Below, piece by piece: positions 24,222 through 37,035 of a DNA stretch of 64,000 bases (its first letter is position 1; each line of letters starts with the position of its first letter). Under the pieces are notes generated by a model. That model was not told where the DNA came from. It made no database searches and was given only the letters and a program-made list of their open reading frames with translations. The stretch lies in NCBI GenBank assembly GCA_021613535.1, contig CP075492.1, forward strand, positions 18,414,001-18,478,000. The letters are read 5' to 3'. A program made the translations under genes and the position numbers. This stretch comes from Adineta vaga (lineage: Eukaryota; Animalia; Rotifera).

Positions 24222-25220
24222 ATGTCGATGATAAATGATACATTTACCAATGATGATGATGATAATTCATTATCAATCTCACGATTTCCTCGTCAAATTC
24301 GATACTGGTCGTATCTAATATCTAATATATTCTCATTAATATGTACATTACTAACTCTTTATTTTCTTTTATTCGATCGAACATTACGAAATAGTCTCAA
24401 TAATCATATAATAATAATTCTTCTTTTGATTGGTTTACTCTATGAATTTATTGATATTCCATTGATTATTAACAATGATGCAAATGATATTCCATGGTCA
24501 TCATCACCAACTTTTTATTTATTTTGGGTATTTTTTGATTATACATTTTATTCTCTTCAAATTGGATTATTTGCTTGGGCAACTATTGAAAGACATATTC
24601 TCATATTTCATGATCGATGGTTATCAACACGAAATAAACGTTTATTTCTTCATTATTTTCCAATAGGTGGAATAATGATATATTATCTAATTTATTATGC
24701 AATTGTTCATTTTGTTCCAGATTGTTCCAATTCATTTGATTCATTTTTACATGGCGGAATATTTATTCCATGTTCATTTGATCGAACATTTTTAGGTCTT
24801 TGGGATTTAATTGTTCATCAATTTATTCCAACATTAATTATAATTATATTTTCAATATCTTTACTTATTCGTATATTAATACAAAAAAGACGATTGAATC
24901 AACAAATTCAATGGAGAAAATGTCGAAAAATGACAATACAATTGTTATCAATTTCAATAATTTATCTTATATTTAATACTCCATGGGTATTTCTTATATT
25001 TGCATATCAATTTGGTTTACCAGATAATATTGCCATTCCAGCTCTAATGTTTACTGGATATTTATTTTATTATGTTATCTTTTTATTTCCATTGGTATCT
25101 CTTTTATCATTATCTGAACTTCGATCTAAAATAAAAAGCAAAATTTTTTGTTTTAAAAGACAACAAAGAATCAATCCTACATCAACAGCTGGAACTCGTT
25201 TACGAATCATCCCAACATAG
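24222..25220 (+). CDS. Orphan rhodopsin-like GPCR, intronless
   Basis: 7TM; WATIERH at TM3 end; FNTPW in TM6. Confidence 0.85.
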   Translation: MSMINDTFTNDDDDNSLSISRFPRQIRYWSYLISNIFSLICTLLTLYFLLFDRTLRNSLNNHIIIILLLIGLLYEFIDIPLIINNDANDIPWSSSPTFYLFWVFFDYTFYSLQIGLFAWATIERHILIFHDRWLSTRNKRLFLHYFPIGGIMIYYLIYYAIVHFVPDCSNSFDSFLHGGIFIPCSFDRTFLGLWDLIVHQFIPTLIIIIFSISLLIRILIQKRRLNQQIQWRKCRKMTIQLLSISIIYLIFNTPWVFLIFAYQFGLPDNIAIPALMFTGYLFYYVIFLFPLVSLLSLSELRSKIKSKIFCFKRQQRINPTSTAGTRLRIIPT

Positions 25221-25642
25221 TTTAAGCTAATCAAATTCATATGCTACTAAATGAAAAAGAATTTGATTTATTTATGTTGTTCTAGATATTCAACTCGTAT
25301 TGTCATTTGTCTTTTTTGTTCTATGAAAAATATATTCATAAAACATATGTTTTGCTAATCCATTTACACTAAATTACGCCTGAGAGTGTGGGTGTTGGTT
25401 TTAATCAAGAGAATAATCTCACACCCGCTAGTTGTACATCAAATACGACAAAAAATCATATGATATATCATCAGGGATTCATCAAATAGTGATGAATTGA
25501 GAGTAAAATTGATTTTAAAGAAAAAAAAATCAACGATATATTTTAAAAAGCAGAAGTGACGACGCAAAAAAAGACAGAAAGATCTTCAAAAAGAAGAAGT
25601 TTTCTGAATGAAATACAAAGATATACAAATACGTTTAGTATT

Positions 25643-26658
25643 TTAACGAATCCAAAGATAATAAAAATCATCGCAACAATTAGATTGTATTATTTGACTT
25701 GTAGACGGTAAAAAACACTTTATCCATGCAAAACGAATTACATTGTTATCAGAATATCGAAACGTTAATGATCGAAGATTAATCATTTTATTAATAAGAT
25801 AGATTATACATTGTCTATTTTTAACTCCAATAGTCAATATTTCACATTGTTTACCTAATGATGAATGACTTAATTCAATACATTGCTTTATATTATAAAA
25901 TATAGTTTTATCAAATGAATTAATTGGTAATAAATTAAGTTCACGAATCGATGTATTTTGAATATTAGTTAAAACAATTCTTGAAATTAATCTTTCAGGA
26001 CAGATAATACTCAATGAGTACAGATTAGGTGTTTGATTGGGTAAAAATTGTAGATCAGATTGATCTGTAAAATTAGCAGTTAATTTAATGTTAAGTGAAA
26101 CAAGTTGATCAAGTTTTGATAAAGATTTCCAGAAATGTGTATTAAATGGAAGTTCAACAGAACGTTCACGAACATTGTCAAAACAAAGAGTTGAATTAAT
26201 GTCATCAGAAGAAAGAGTTAATTTTGTTTCATTTGTATTCCATTTAAATATTTCATTAATTCTTTCACAATTAATTGTTAAATATTTGACATTTTCATCA
26301 AAGATTTGTATATAGAATTATATTTACAATAATCGTTTTCATAAGAAGAAGTTGATCTCGACCAGATATAATCAATAATAGTAATTAAATGAATAAATCT
26401 ATAAGGTAAAGTATGATATAAAATAGAATGTTTACCACTAATCTCTTTTTTTTAAATAACATCGAATAAACCATTGATGATTTTCAATCCAAAATTGACT
26501 TTGAAATAAACGTAAGAAATAAAATATTGTTTCTTTAGTATTACCTGGAAAATCTAATTGAAGAGCCATTACACATCGAAATGTTTTCAAATGTATTAAA
26601 TGTTTAGTTATCATATCTTCCCATTGAAAACCATCCATAAACATAGCTAAGGATTCAA
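25643..26658 (-). pseudogene. 3' half of an F-box/LRR-family gene, frameshifted, 5'-truncated at a palindromic element
   Basis: MDGFQWEDMITKHLIHLKTFR...FQSQFWIENHQWFIRC and terminal YLWIR* match the C-terminal half of the F-box paralogs; no F-box upstream. Confidence 0.7.
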
Positions 26659-26736
26659 TTGAGGGTGGGTGTGGGTATGGATGAGGGTGATAGTAGTATG
26701 TCACATCCACACCCACACCCACGCTCACACCCTTCG
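26659..26736. repeat. Telomere-like palindromic element
   Basis: TTGAGGGTGGGTGTGGGTATGGATGAGGGTG ... CACATCCACACCCACACCCACGCTCACACCCTTC. Confidence 0.85.
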
Positions 26737-26867
26737 AAAATGTAAGAACAAAAACAAAAATTTAATGATCGAGTGGATCAATTCTTTTATTATAATTCAA
26801 CACAATACACAATAAGAATAACAAATAGCAGAAGTATAAATATAGTTCCATATTTTTGAAAATACAT

Positions 26868-27863
26868 TTATTTGTTCGGAACGTTTCGCAGTTGTATTTG
26901 TCCAATAGTAGGTTGAATATTTGCTGCACTCATTGGCAAAACAACTCGATTTCTCATTAGTAAACGAAATAGTTCGCGTCGAAAATCAGTAAATGTGATG
27001 AGATAGATCGGAAAATTCAAAAGAGGAAATGTATACAAAAATAGATCAAAGGCATTTATTATTCGACGACCCAAAATAGTTTCAGAGAGATCATTATAAA
27101 AGAAACCATAAATAAGTGACGATGGTGTACGTGTTATAACGAAAAGACAACTTGTACTTATAAGAGTTATTGAAATAGTTCGATGACGAATTTGTGAATT
27201 TTGTATTCGAGTTGTTTGTTTTAATCGAGTTAAATAATAAATTGAAAAACTATTTAATAAGATTATTAAAAAAGATGGAATAATATTATAAATAAATAAA
27301 TTTATTCGATCATACAATGGATAAAGTTGATAGAATTTTGAATCGCTATTAATCTGTCCATTACTATCTATATAACAAACAAATAGAAAAAAATGAAGAT
27401 TAAAAAGAATAAAAAATCCGTTAATAAAACCAATAATAATTAAAACATTTTTTGATCGATTAAACCAAGTATTAGGTTGTATATGACTTAAAACTAAATA
27501 TCGATCAAAACAAACAAATACATGTAACCATGAAGAAACTTGATTAGTAAAATAATTTAAAAAGGAAAAAAATTTACATGATGCAACTGTATAAGAACTA
27601 AATAGTGTAAATCCATGTAAAAGACCTAAATAACTATCAAAATTCCATCCATATAATCCAATGAAATCAATCAATGCTATTGCACGCATATAGTATATCG
27701 ATGAACGTACTTGTGCATTCAGAAATATTGATCGACACAAAACAATGAACGTGAAAAGATTAAATATTGAACCAAGAATGACGGTTAATAAATTATAATA
27801 ACCCAAATAAATAATATCACTTAAATATATTTCTGTTATTGTATTATATGAATCATTTGTCAT
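26868..27863 (-). CDS. Orphan rhodopsin-like GPCR, intronless
   Basis: 7TM; CFDRY; NFPIY in TM7; likely start MTNDSYNT. Confidence 0.85.
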   Translation of the reverse strand: MTNDSYNTITEIYLSDIIYLGYYNLLTVILGSIFNLFTFIVLCRSIFLNAQVRSSIYYMRAIALIDFIGLYGWNFDSYLGLLHGFTLFSSYTVASCKFFSFLNYFTNQVSSWLHVFVCFDRYLVLSHIQPNTWFNRSKNVLIIIGFINGFFILFNLHFFLFVCYIDSNGQINSDSKFYQLYPLYDRINLFIYNIIPSFLIILLNSFSIYYLTRLKQTTRIQNSQIRHRTISITLISTSCLFVITRTPSSLIYGFFYNDLSETILGRRIINAFDLFLYTFPLLNFPIYLITFTDFRRELFRLLMRNRVVLPMSAANIQPTIGQIQLRNVPNK

Positions 27864-27946
27864 TGTATTTTTTAACACTATTATGTTTATAGACAAGAAA
27901 TAGAAATGAATCTTTTCAAAAAACAACAAATGCCACAATGATCACC

Positions 27947-28172
27947 ATTTTAACTTTGCGTATCTTTCTTTGAACATCTAATTGAAAGGATTGAATTTTA
28001 ATGAATCGATAAATATAGACTATACAATTAAAGGATACAGAGATCAAAAAGACGAATGAAAGTTTGAGAAGGACCGGAAATTATTTGTCTTCTGTGACTT
28101 GGAATTCCATGTCAAATACTTTAATATAAGAAAAATCATAATGCAATAAACTTACATATAATTTTCCATCGT
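27947..28172 (+). repeat. Dispersed ~200-bp repeat, copy 2
   Basis: Aligns to 23219-23424 with indels. Confidence 0.7.
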
Positions 28173-28766
28173 ATTTCACGTTGTTTCAATTAGATATTAT
28201 ATTCAATACATTACAAATAATCATAAACATAATTAAATGGAATTTGAATCGTTTAATAATTTAAAATAGGTTGAATATATTTAGAAACTAAAGATAAGAC
28301 AAAACCATATGACGATCACACTATTATAAAGTAATCTTTCTTTCGACACTAAACATAAATAATTACGGATGTTTCGTTCTTTTTTCTTTGATGTACCGTG
28401 TTGAAGTTACGATGGGTCATTCGATGAATATCAACAGAATTATTTTTATTCTATTAGAATATAATGACAAACGTGAGAATATTCAAAAAGAAAGTCAAAT
28501 GCACGATATATTATAATCTTTCTATCTTAGTAAATCATATTTAGTCAGTATCACATCAAACGATTGTGTTGATATTCATTGAATCACTTATAAAGTAACT
28601 TTTGAGAACTGGTTTTTTTCTTTCGTTGAAATATATATATTATGTTTCTTATCAACATTGCAGTCCTTAAACATTGATCAGAATGATTTTTAGTTTCGAG
28701 TTTTTATTAAAAAAAAAACATAACTACGAAGAGCCAAATGACGTAAAAGATAAGCTCTTGCAATTC

Positions 28767-29033
28767 TCAATCAAAAATAAAATGTCTAAAAAAAGCATGA
28801 ACAAAACCGGGGGAATGGTGGATTCCTGCTGAATTTGGACTTGACATTCGTGGACCTGCATAGCCCGGAAGAGATTCATTGGCCATGCTAGGTGAGGCAT
28901 GAAACTGATGTATTCCACCTCGGGCAGGATGAAGAACTGGTGGACTGTTTTGGTTCACCCAATCGTGCATTTGATTTGCCATAAAATTGTAACGTTCAGC
29001 TGTGTGAGTACTCATTCCTGTGGGTTTGGACAT
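28767..29033 (-). CDS. Small hypothetical protein, 88 aa
   Basis: Locally GC-richer ORF preceded by TATAAA-like sequence; no homology recognised. Confidence 0.35.
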   Translation of the reverse strand: MSKPTGMSTHTAERYNFMANQMHDWVNQNSPPVLHPARGGIHQFHASPSMANESLPGYAGPRMSSPNSAGIHHSPGFVHAFFRHFIFD

Positions 29034-29425
29034 TTTTCAATCACGTTTGATGACAATGGTCGAACGATGAATAGAATATGTGTTTGTTAATGAGAAAATG
29101 TTTTCAATTTATAGAAATCACTGATTTTACCATTGGTAATTTCCAAGTAACGAAAGTAATTATCATCGTTACTCATTTGGACATTAACAAAACGGGAAAA
29201 GGCTTTCTTCATCTTTATTTACTTGCGTTCTGTTCTCTTGTGTAGTACATATATAAAAAAAAATGATGATGCAAGTCGGAATTTTCTCGATAATAATTTT
29301 AATCATAGAAAAAAAACAAAATTTCCGTTTAGAATTGATTAAAAAGGATAATTTATTGGACACAACTATATTATTTCTTTTGAATATGGATTAGAATTGT
29401 TTTTATAACGATTCATTATTTTTTT

Positions 29426-29955
29426 TCAAGCATTTAAAAGAAAAATAACCAGCCGGTACGATCCAAATAAATAATATTAATAATCCAAACATCAATGCAA
29501 CAATTAGATAAGATTTCCCTTTGTTAACTGTACTATCAATTGTCCAAGATAAATCATATGCTTTATTTTTATTATAATAACATGGATAAACTTGACCAAT
29601 CTATACGAAATAAATCGTTTTTTATTTTTATTTTTAAAGAATACAATTTTACTTTATATTGATTAATTGTTTCTTCAATAGCATCTGTATATGTTGTATA
29701 ATTAGTTGAAAATATTTTAGAAATCTTTTCTGATTGAGTATCATTGTATTTAACAATCCATGTAGCTTGAAAATGCGAATAAGTCCGTTCTATAACATTT
29801 GTATTCATAACTAAACATTGAGTAGTTTCATGATTTTTTCGAAATTGAAAATACAAATTATAACCAATTTTCAAACTGAGAAAAAACCAAATTGAGAAGA
29901 AAATTGTCGAGACTACAAGAGGTATTAATGTTGCAGCTTTTCTATCCGAATTCAT
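29426..29955 (-). CDS. Two-TM membrane protein with Cys-containing loop; intron ~29601-29652
   Basis: TM1, ETTQCLV, spliced GQVYPCYYNK, TM2; topology reminiscent of BK-channel beta subunits. Confidence 0.55.
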
Positions 29956-31264
29956 TTCTTTTCTTTTTTTGATCGCGTTTAACGAAACATTGAAAAATGA
30001 TTTGTGTTTTTTTAATATTTCGATTGTGTAATTACATCAAATGAATCAGTATTTAGTCATTGATGTCAAACTGAGTGAAACAGAACGAACAAAATCAACT
30101 CAACAGAGTTGTGACATATATATTTTTATTCTTAAGAAAAAAAAATTTGTTTTTTTTATTCATTGTTTATTTATGAAAAGATTTGACAATAAATTAAATA
30201 TTTGATCAGTTATTTTCAACATAATATATTAATCAATCTGACCAAGAGATGATTCCATTATGCACATATATTATCGCAGCAAACTTTTTTCGACGGTGAC
30301 TGTATATGAAAATGAACAAGAAGTTCGCCTCGTGTATCATTCTTATCTGGATCGGGTAACCCATGGCCAGGAACGATCAGTTCGGTATCAGTATTGATAC
30401 TATGGAAAGAATCTAACGCTTACATCAGGATAACTAATTGTTTTAATGTAAATCAGATTTTTTGTTGTACAAATGCAAGTGAAACAGAGTGAGAAGACAT
30501 AATTGTGAACGAGATAAATAAATGAATATTACTTTATTCGTCTTTTCTTACATATATTTAGGAAAAACCTAAAGAATAAAAAAAGATAATCGGAACAAAG
30601 TAAGAGTGTATCTTTTCTTGATTTCAATTGGATTCATTCGTTTACCAATAATAATAATAATGAGAATTATTCTTTTAAAATTGATTTCAACATTTAGAAA
30701 ATTTATCGATTAGAATTTGAAAAGATTCATTTTTTGTATTAATATCAGTTTTTATAGAAATTTTTTTCTTTATTATTGATCGATATCTGTCTACGTAACG
30801 ATCCATCTATCTCGACTAAGTCGAGTTATTCATAATTCTATGAATGATGGCTCTAACGCTATGGTTTTTCTTGTTCTGTCCAAAGAGATAAGCAGCTCTT
30901 CATGAATATTTTTACCTTTTTTTTAAGAAAGAGCGTGAGAAAATCACGATTTGATCGACAATACAAGTTTCCTCTGCTATAATAAATTAGATATATTCTT
31001 ATCTACACAAAAAGTTTTTAGAATCACAATACTCAATCCTGAAGTTTATTTATGACAGTTTTAAGCTATTTTTCTTAGTCAAAGTTATACGTACTACATC
31101 CATTCATAACAGACTTTTTTGGTTATGAAAAGAATGATATTTTTATTAATTATTCTAACGAATCATTGATAACTTGCTGAGGGAATAAACGGGAAAAAAA
31201 TACAATTATTTCTTAGAGCAAAGTTTCCTGACGAAGCCTTTTTTCTTTCTATTATATTATCTCA

Positions 31265-31327
31265 TCAGCAGTGTCACATATCCGACACAAATTGCTGCAT
31301 CCCCGATATGCGAGATATGTTACACGA
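31265..31327. repeat. Second hairpin family (GTGTCACATATC...GATATGTkACAC), copy 1
   Basis: ATCAGCAGTGTCACATATCC shared with 45183; inverted arm GATATGTTACAC at 31314-31325. Confidence 0.65.
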
Positions 31328-31998
31328 CTCATTTTGTCACACTTGGGCAGGCGATACGACTCTAGAGTAAAAAGAACAGGAAGAGATGGTATCAATACAC
31401 ATACAATCTGAATAACATTGTGATATACTAAAATTAACGAATAATTTATCTATATTGATCTTTTTACTATGTGAAAATTTACCCTTCTTCTTCTATAGAA
31501 ATAAATAATTACAACGTGATGTTTTGATGTTATAAATATTGTTATTTCATGACACATTTATCTTAATTATAGCTCCGAATATAAAAGATACATATATGCG
31601 ATAAAAGGATGTGTTAATGATGTTAGTGTAACAAATTCAATGACGTTTGCAATATATGACAGTAAACAAAAACTATTTTTCGTGATAATTAATCTGTTTT
31701 CAATATCATAAACTAGTTTTTAGTGATATGGAAACATAATATTTTTAAGTATAAATTATCAAAATGATTAAAATAACGAATGTGTCTTTTTTTTCTAAAA
31801 GCAAAAAAGCAAAAACCTTGAGTTATAGTCTGATAAATAAAAATACAAAGTCATTAGAAGAAAAAAAGTAATCTAATAATATACCATAACATTATTTACC
31901 TATTTGATACTTATTCGTTGATTACTTCCTTTTTTTTCAAATCATTTAAAAGAAAAAGTATTTTGAAAAGTATTGATTTTCTTTAAATTATTACTAAA

Positions 31999-32725
31999 AT
32001 GTTTGGATACCGACCACCAATGCGACCTCGACCATACGGTCGTCAACCAATTGGTAATGGAAGTAGATTATCAAATATTGAATATAAATGGAAAGCACTT
32101 TGGCCAACTCTTGCCTCTACAATTATTGGTTCTTCAATTATTTTATGTGGATTACTTCTTTTCACTTTAGAAATTGCATCTTTAGGTATGGTTTTTTTCT
32201 ATGATATTGACAATTTTCTATTTATCAGAAAATATTTCAAATAAAACAAATAGATCTCATCTATGAATGATCAATCATTAATGAATATATATATTTAGCT
32301 CTTATTGGTAAATTTGGAACACCTACTGGTGTGTATGGATCTGGCGTTGGAATTTGGACTGGAGTATTTATCATGGTTGCTGGTGTTCTCATTGTTGTCA
32401 TTAGTAAATCATATTTAATTTTAATAAGAAGAATACTTTTTAATTATATAATTTAGATTGTGTGAAATCTGTTCGTTTATGGGCACTTATAGCATTTTGT
32501 GCAACTATTGCTGCTGCCGCTTTTGCAATTATTGATTTTTCAATAAATGCTGCAAGAGTTGATGGATCACGAGCAGCTGGTGAATTCGATAGTATTTTCT
32601 CCGATATAAAAAGTATAGCTGGATTGGCTGCTGCACAACTTGCTTTTGGTTTAGTTGCATTTCTTCTTTGCCTTGCCTTTATTGGTCTTTATATATATAC
32701 GTACATGAAAATTAAAAAACGTTAA
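31999..32725 (+). CDS. Four-TM protein (MS4A/CD20-like topology); three exons
   Basis: Exons ~31999-32185, 32299-32403, 32457-32725; middle exon GSGVGIWTGVFIMVAG resembles the MS4A GxxxWxG motif. Confidence 0.65.
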
Positions 32726-33195
32726 TCTCATCAATAATACCAAAACAAAACAAAAATAGAACTTCAATATTCTCTTACTAACATATTCATTATATTTTTA
32801 ATAAACTACAAAACATTCTACAGTCTCATGGAAATATATTTTTCAATATTGCTCCATAATTATCTTATAAAATAAGAAATATTCTTTTTTTTGGAAGAAT
32901 TCAGCCGGGTTCTTTTGTCTGTTTACCGACAACGGTATCTGCACCCGTTTCTGTCCAGCATACTAACTAATCATGTGGAATAATCATTTGAGACGACGCA
33001 CCGAAGAACATTTTCACTCAACCATGGCGCTCTGTATATTAAATATTCAAAATTTTCTTTACGGAAAAATCAATACAACGTCTTAGAATGACTCAATGAA
33101 GATTTAAAAAAAAGATCATTATTTAAATGTTCTTCAATCTTTTATTTTTAAATCAAGAAATACAATTAAACAACTATATACACGATAAATGAAAT

Positions 33196-33704
33196 CTAAT
33201 TGTTTACCATTTTCCATGAAAACCATTGGGTTGATTCATTTGTGGAGCAATAAAAATTTTTGTCTCACCTAAATAAAACATAGTAAAAAGAAAACTCGAA
33301 TAAATTCATTGAAACTTACTTTGTCGTTTAAGAAAACGAGCTTCTTGACAAAGTGCACATGAACCACAACATAATGTTGTTAAACAATCACCACAACTTG
33401 GATTTTCACGTAAATTAAATTGATCACGAAGACTTCTTCGTTTCATATAATGAAGTAACCAACATAAACCAAACTGAGCTAAACAACTATAACCTAAACA
33501 CATACAAACACAATTACTTCCATCAATTTTATTCGCATTTGAACCAAATAAACAAGGTGTACACCAAAAACCATAACAACATGAATTATGATCCTCCATA
33601 CAACCAAATAATGATTCTAAACAAGAATTTATCTTTAATTTCTTTCAAAAAAAAAACAATGAAATTATTTACTTACCATTCCATTCATTTTGATTTGATA
33701 CCAT
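33196..33704 (-). CDS. PLAC8/cornifelin-family protein; three exons
   Basis: CCYGFWCTPCLFG, RxxLRxQFNL, DCLTTLCCGSCALCQEAR. Confidence 0.85.
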
Positions 33705-33927
33705 ATTGAAGAGATTTAGAATTGACAGTAAAATGATTTGATTGTACATTGAAAATAAATCATATTTATATACATTAAGATGAAACAATGATCATTTTAG
33801 TCAAGTTAGACGGATGTCTCATCCGTCGGAACAATGCAAATTCATGTCGTCGGTAATTTCTTGGATGTTACATTAATCAATGTAATTGTTATACAATTCG
33901 ATTAAATGAAGTTAAATATTGAATGAG

Positions 33928-33972
33928 TTGAGGGTGTAAGTGTGGATGCGGATGAGAGAAAACGCGCACCCT
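33928..33972. repeat. Telomere-like palindromic element, degenerate
   Basis: TTGAGGGTGTAAGTGTGGATG ... GCACCCTA. Confidence 0.55.
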
Positions 33973-34344
33973 ATGATATCTTTATTCTAGGATAATCGAA
34001 AATCAAGAAAGATGAGTGTCTATACTCTATGTAAACCATTGTCTTTTCAGTAGATTTATGTTCGTTTTACGCTTTAATCTTTTTTTGAGCCGAAGTGGAC
34101 AAATCTCAATTGTTATTTTTGTTCATGGTGACATCGTATCCACATTTTAAGTGTAAAATGTCAATTAGGTACATGTACTTCGATAGGATGTCCTCAAGGT
34201 ATATGTTGTATTTTTGCACGAACTTTGATGTCCTGATTTCATATTAATACATATATCCTAGAAAGGTTTCCTTTTCATTTCTAGATCTTTTTCTTTCTAA
34301 AATAAAATTTCATTTTCTTATTTCCTATACCCTCATCGACACTC

Positions 34345-36047
34345 TCAAGATGATTTATATAGTTCTGCACTTCTCAAAGGTTCACCATCATAAACTCCTC
34401 CAGTAACTAATACTTTTCCATCTATTAACACAGATGCTATATGATCAGCTCGTGCACTATTCATTTGACTAATCAAAATCCATGTTTCTGTTGATAAATC
34501 ATATAATTCAGCACTATCTAGAGGATAATGATCAAATCCACCAGTTACTAATACGTTTCCATTGTTTAACACGGATGAAGTATGTTTCCATCTAGCATGA
34601 TTCATATTACCAGTGATTGTCCACATTCCTGTTGATGGATCATACAGTTCAGCACTATTACGATTAAAATTATAATTTGATCCACCAGTAACCAATACAT
34701 TTCCATTCTTTAATACAGATGCTGTAAATTGAATTCGTGTATAATTCATGTTACCTGTAGGCATCCATGTCTCTGTTGATGGATCATATAGTTCAGCGCT
34801 ATATAAACGATCAAAATTATTACATCCACCGGTAACTAACACTTTTCCATTCTCTAATACAGATGCTGTGTGTTCAGCACGTGTATTATTCATGTTACCA
34901 GTAATTGTCCAAGTCTCCGCTACTGCATCGAATAATTCAGAGCTATTTAGAAAATCTCCATTAACACGTCCACCGGTAACCAGTACGTTCCCATTCGTTA
35001 AGACAGAAGCTGTATGTTCAGCTCGAGTATTAATCATATCACTAGTCATTGTCCAAATTCCCGTTGATGGATCATATAGTTCAGTACTATTTAGAAAACC
35101 TTGATTGTTAAATCCACCTATAACTAATACTTTTCCATTTCTCAATACGGATGCTGTATGTTGAGCACGTGCATTATTCATATTTCCCGTGATTATCCAC
35201 GTTTGGGTTGACGGATTGTATAGTTCAGAACTATTTAGAAAATCTTGATTACTAAATCCACCAGTAACTAACACTTTTCCATTCATTAAAATCGATGCTG
35301 TGTGTGTTCGTCGTGTATACTTCATATTATCAGTTTGAGACCAGTCTAAATAAAAATATTTCAGTATCTTTTTCCTAAAATAATATTAACAGTTATCTAT
35401 TTATGAATGAATAATTTCAGCGTTTGTAAAATGGGAAGTCGTAAACGAAGAAGAAACAGTGTCCGACATGAATATTACGTTTGTCATCCGGTATATTACG
35501 ATGATTAGCTTATGAACAATTTTTTTTCATAATCTCTTATTTTAACAACGAAAACTCTGATATTCTAGATACTTTTCATGTTTTTTAGTTTGAACTAAAT
35601 CATCAATCAATGACGGTGTGTCTTCATTTCACCTCAATATATTAACAGCTAAATATATGAATTTTCTCTATCTCACTTTGAATTTGAACAATCGAAGAGA
35701 GAGCCTTGACGGTATAATGAAGAATAAATAAGATGAATACTATCATTCATTTATAATTAAATGTGAAATTCAATGTAATTTATTTGATCTATCAGTAATA
35801 TCTTGGAAGTTTAGAAATCATTACATTGAACTTTACCTGATTGTGGAGTAGTAGTAGTTGTTGTTGATGTTGTCATCAATGTTGATCTTGATGTTTGTAT
35901 GGTAGTAATAGTCGTTTCTGACTTTTTCGACGTCAAAAGATAGAATTTTAAAACCAAAGCAAGAATGACTAGAAGAATTAATAAAACGATAAGAGATATA
36001 CCAAGAATTTTAATCCATCGACGACGCCACCACTGACTATAATGCAT
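34345..36047 (-). CDS. Membrane-anchored Kelch-repeat protein: TM + Thr-rich stalk exon (35837-36047) spliced to a Kelch exon (34345-35345)
   Basis: Seven repeats R..HTASVLxNGKVLVTGG...AELYDP..W; phase-1 splice TCA G|gtaaag ... ttag|AC TGG. Confidence 0.85.
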
Positions 36048-37035
36048 ATTGTATTCTTTAGAAAGCTAAAATTCGAAAAAAAAGTAACGAACTATTGTTT
36101 GAATCTACTTTATATGACGTGTATTACTGATAAAAGTTACAAAAGATAAGTATAATATTAAACTCTGTTTTTGTTTTCGTATAGTTAATTTTATAGACCA
36201 GAATAATAATGATGGAAACTTATTCTTTGCTTGTAATTTATCTTATGAATGTGATCGAAGAATTTCTACTTTTTTGAACGAGATGCTTAGAGTAATTGAT
36301 TAAAAATATTCGTTATCAGTTGGTCCAATGAAGCTTCAGATGTCTCTATCAGAGTAAAAGTGATTTCTACATCCTCATCAATTACAATATCTTTTATCAA
36401 ATATGTGATTCAATGTGATTTCAAATAAACATCAGTTTTTAAATCAGTACTTTATGTTTTTTTATTAAAAACAAACATTTCGTATTACTCTTAAATAGTG
36501 ATGTAGCATGCACAAATACAAGTGACACATGTAAATGTTGACAACACACCTACCAAACAAATGAAAGTAAAAAGGAGAAAAAAACCCATAGAATAACTTA
36601 TGTTGAGTGATCAAGAAATTTTTATATTTTTCTCGAAAGAACTTTTTTATTTATTTATTCCACAACATTGTATGAATGTATATGGAATTTTTCTATTGTT
36701 TTCTTTCCTCACTATATCTTATCGAAGCACGTCTATAAGTCATCTGATTCAATATCAACGAACGAAGACAGATTCACAGCGGTATCTAAGAAGATTTTAT
36801 TTCTGTTCAATAAACTTAAAATATCTTGAGAATATGAATAACTGCTGTCACTTAAATCTAGTCTTTATTATCATAATGATACAATTTATTGAATATAGAT
36901 TACTTTTTTCTATGTTCTTTCTTCATTAATAATGATCGGCTTCATTCCATCGGAAACAAGTCAATAGACTCTCAAATGGAGAAAAAAAACTTTAGTGTCA
37001 AACGCACTTCGATTTGTCTGTATTCAGTTTTTTAA

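Noticed and set aside
26438-26728. ORF starting MSVGVGVDVTYYYHPHPYPHPP
   Set aside because: The N-terminus is just translation of the palindromic element; the remainder is a pseudogene fragment.
31225-31270. CTGACGA/CTGATGA cores suggesting hammerhead ribozymes (also near 3191 and 55621)
   Set aside because: Could not build stems I-III with a properly placed GAAA.
34748-35104. Antisense ORF over the Kelch gene (likewise 37329-37535, 53217-53462, 60566-60763)
   Set aside because: Shadow ORFs of repetitive or long coding sequence on the opposite strand.
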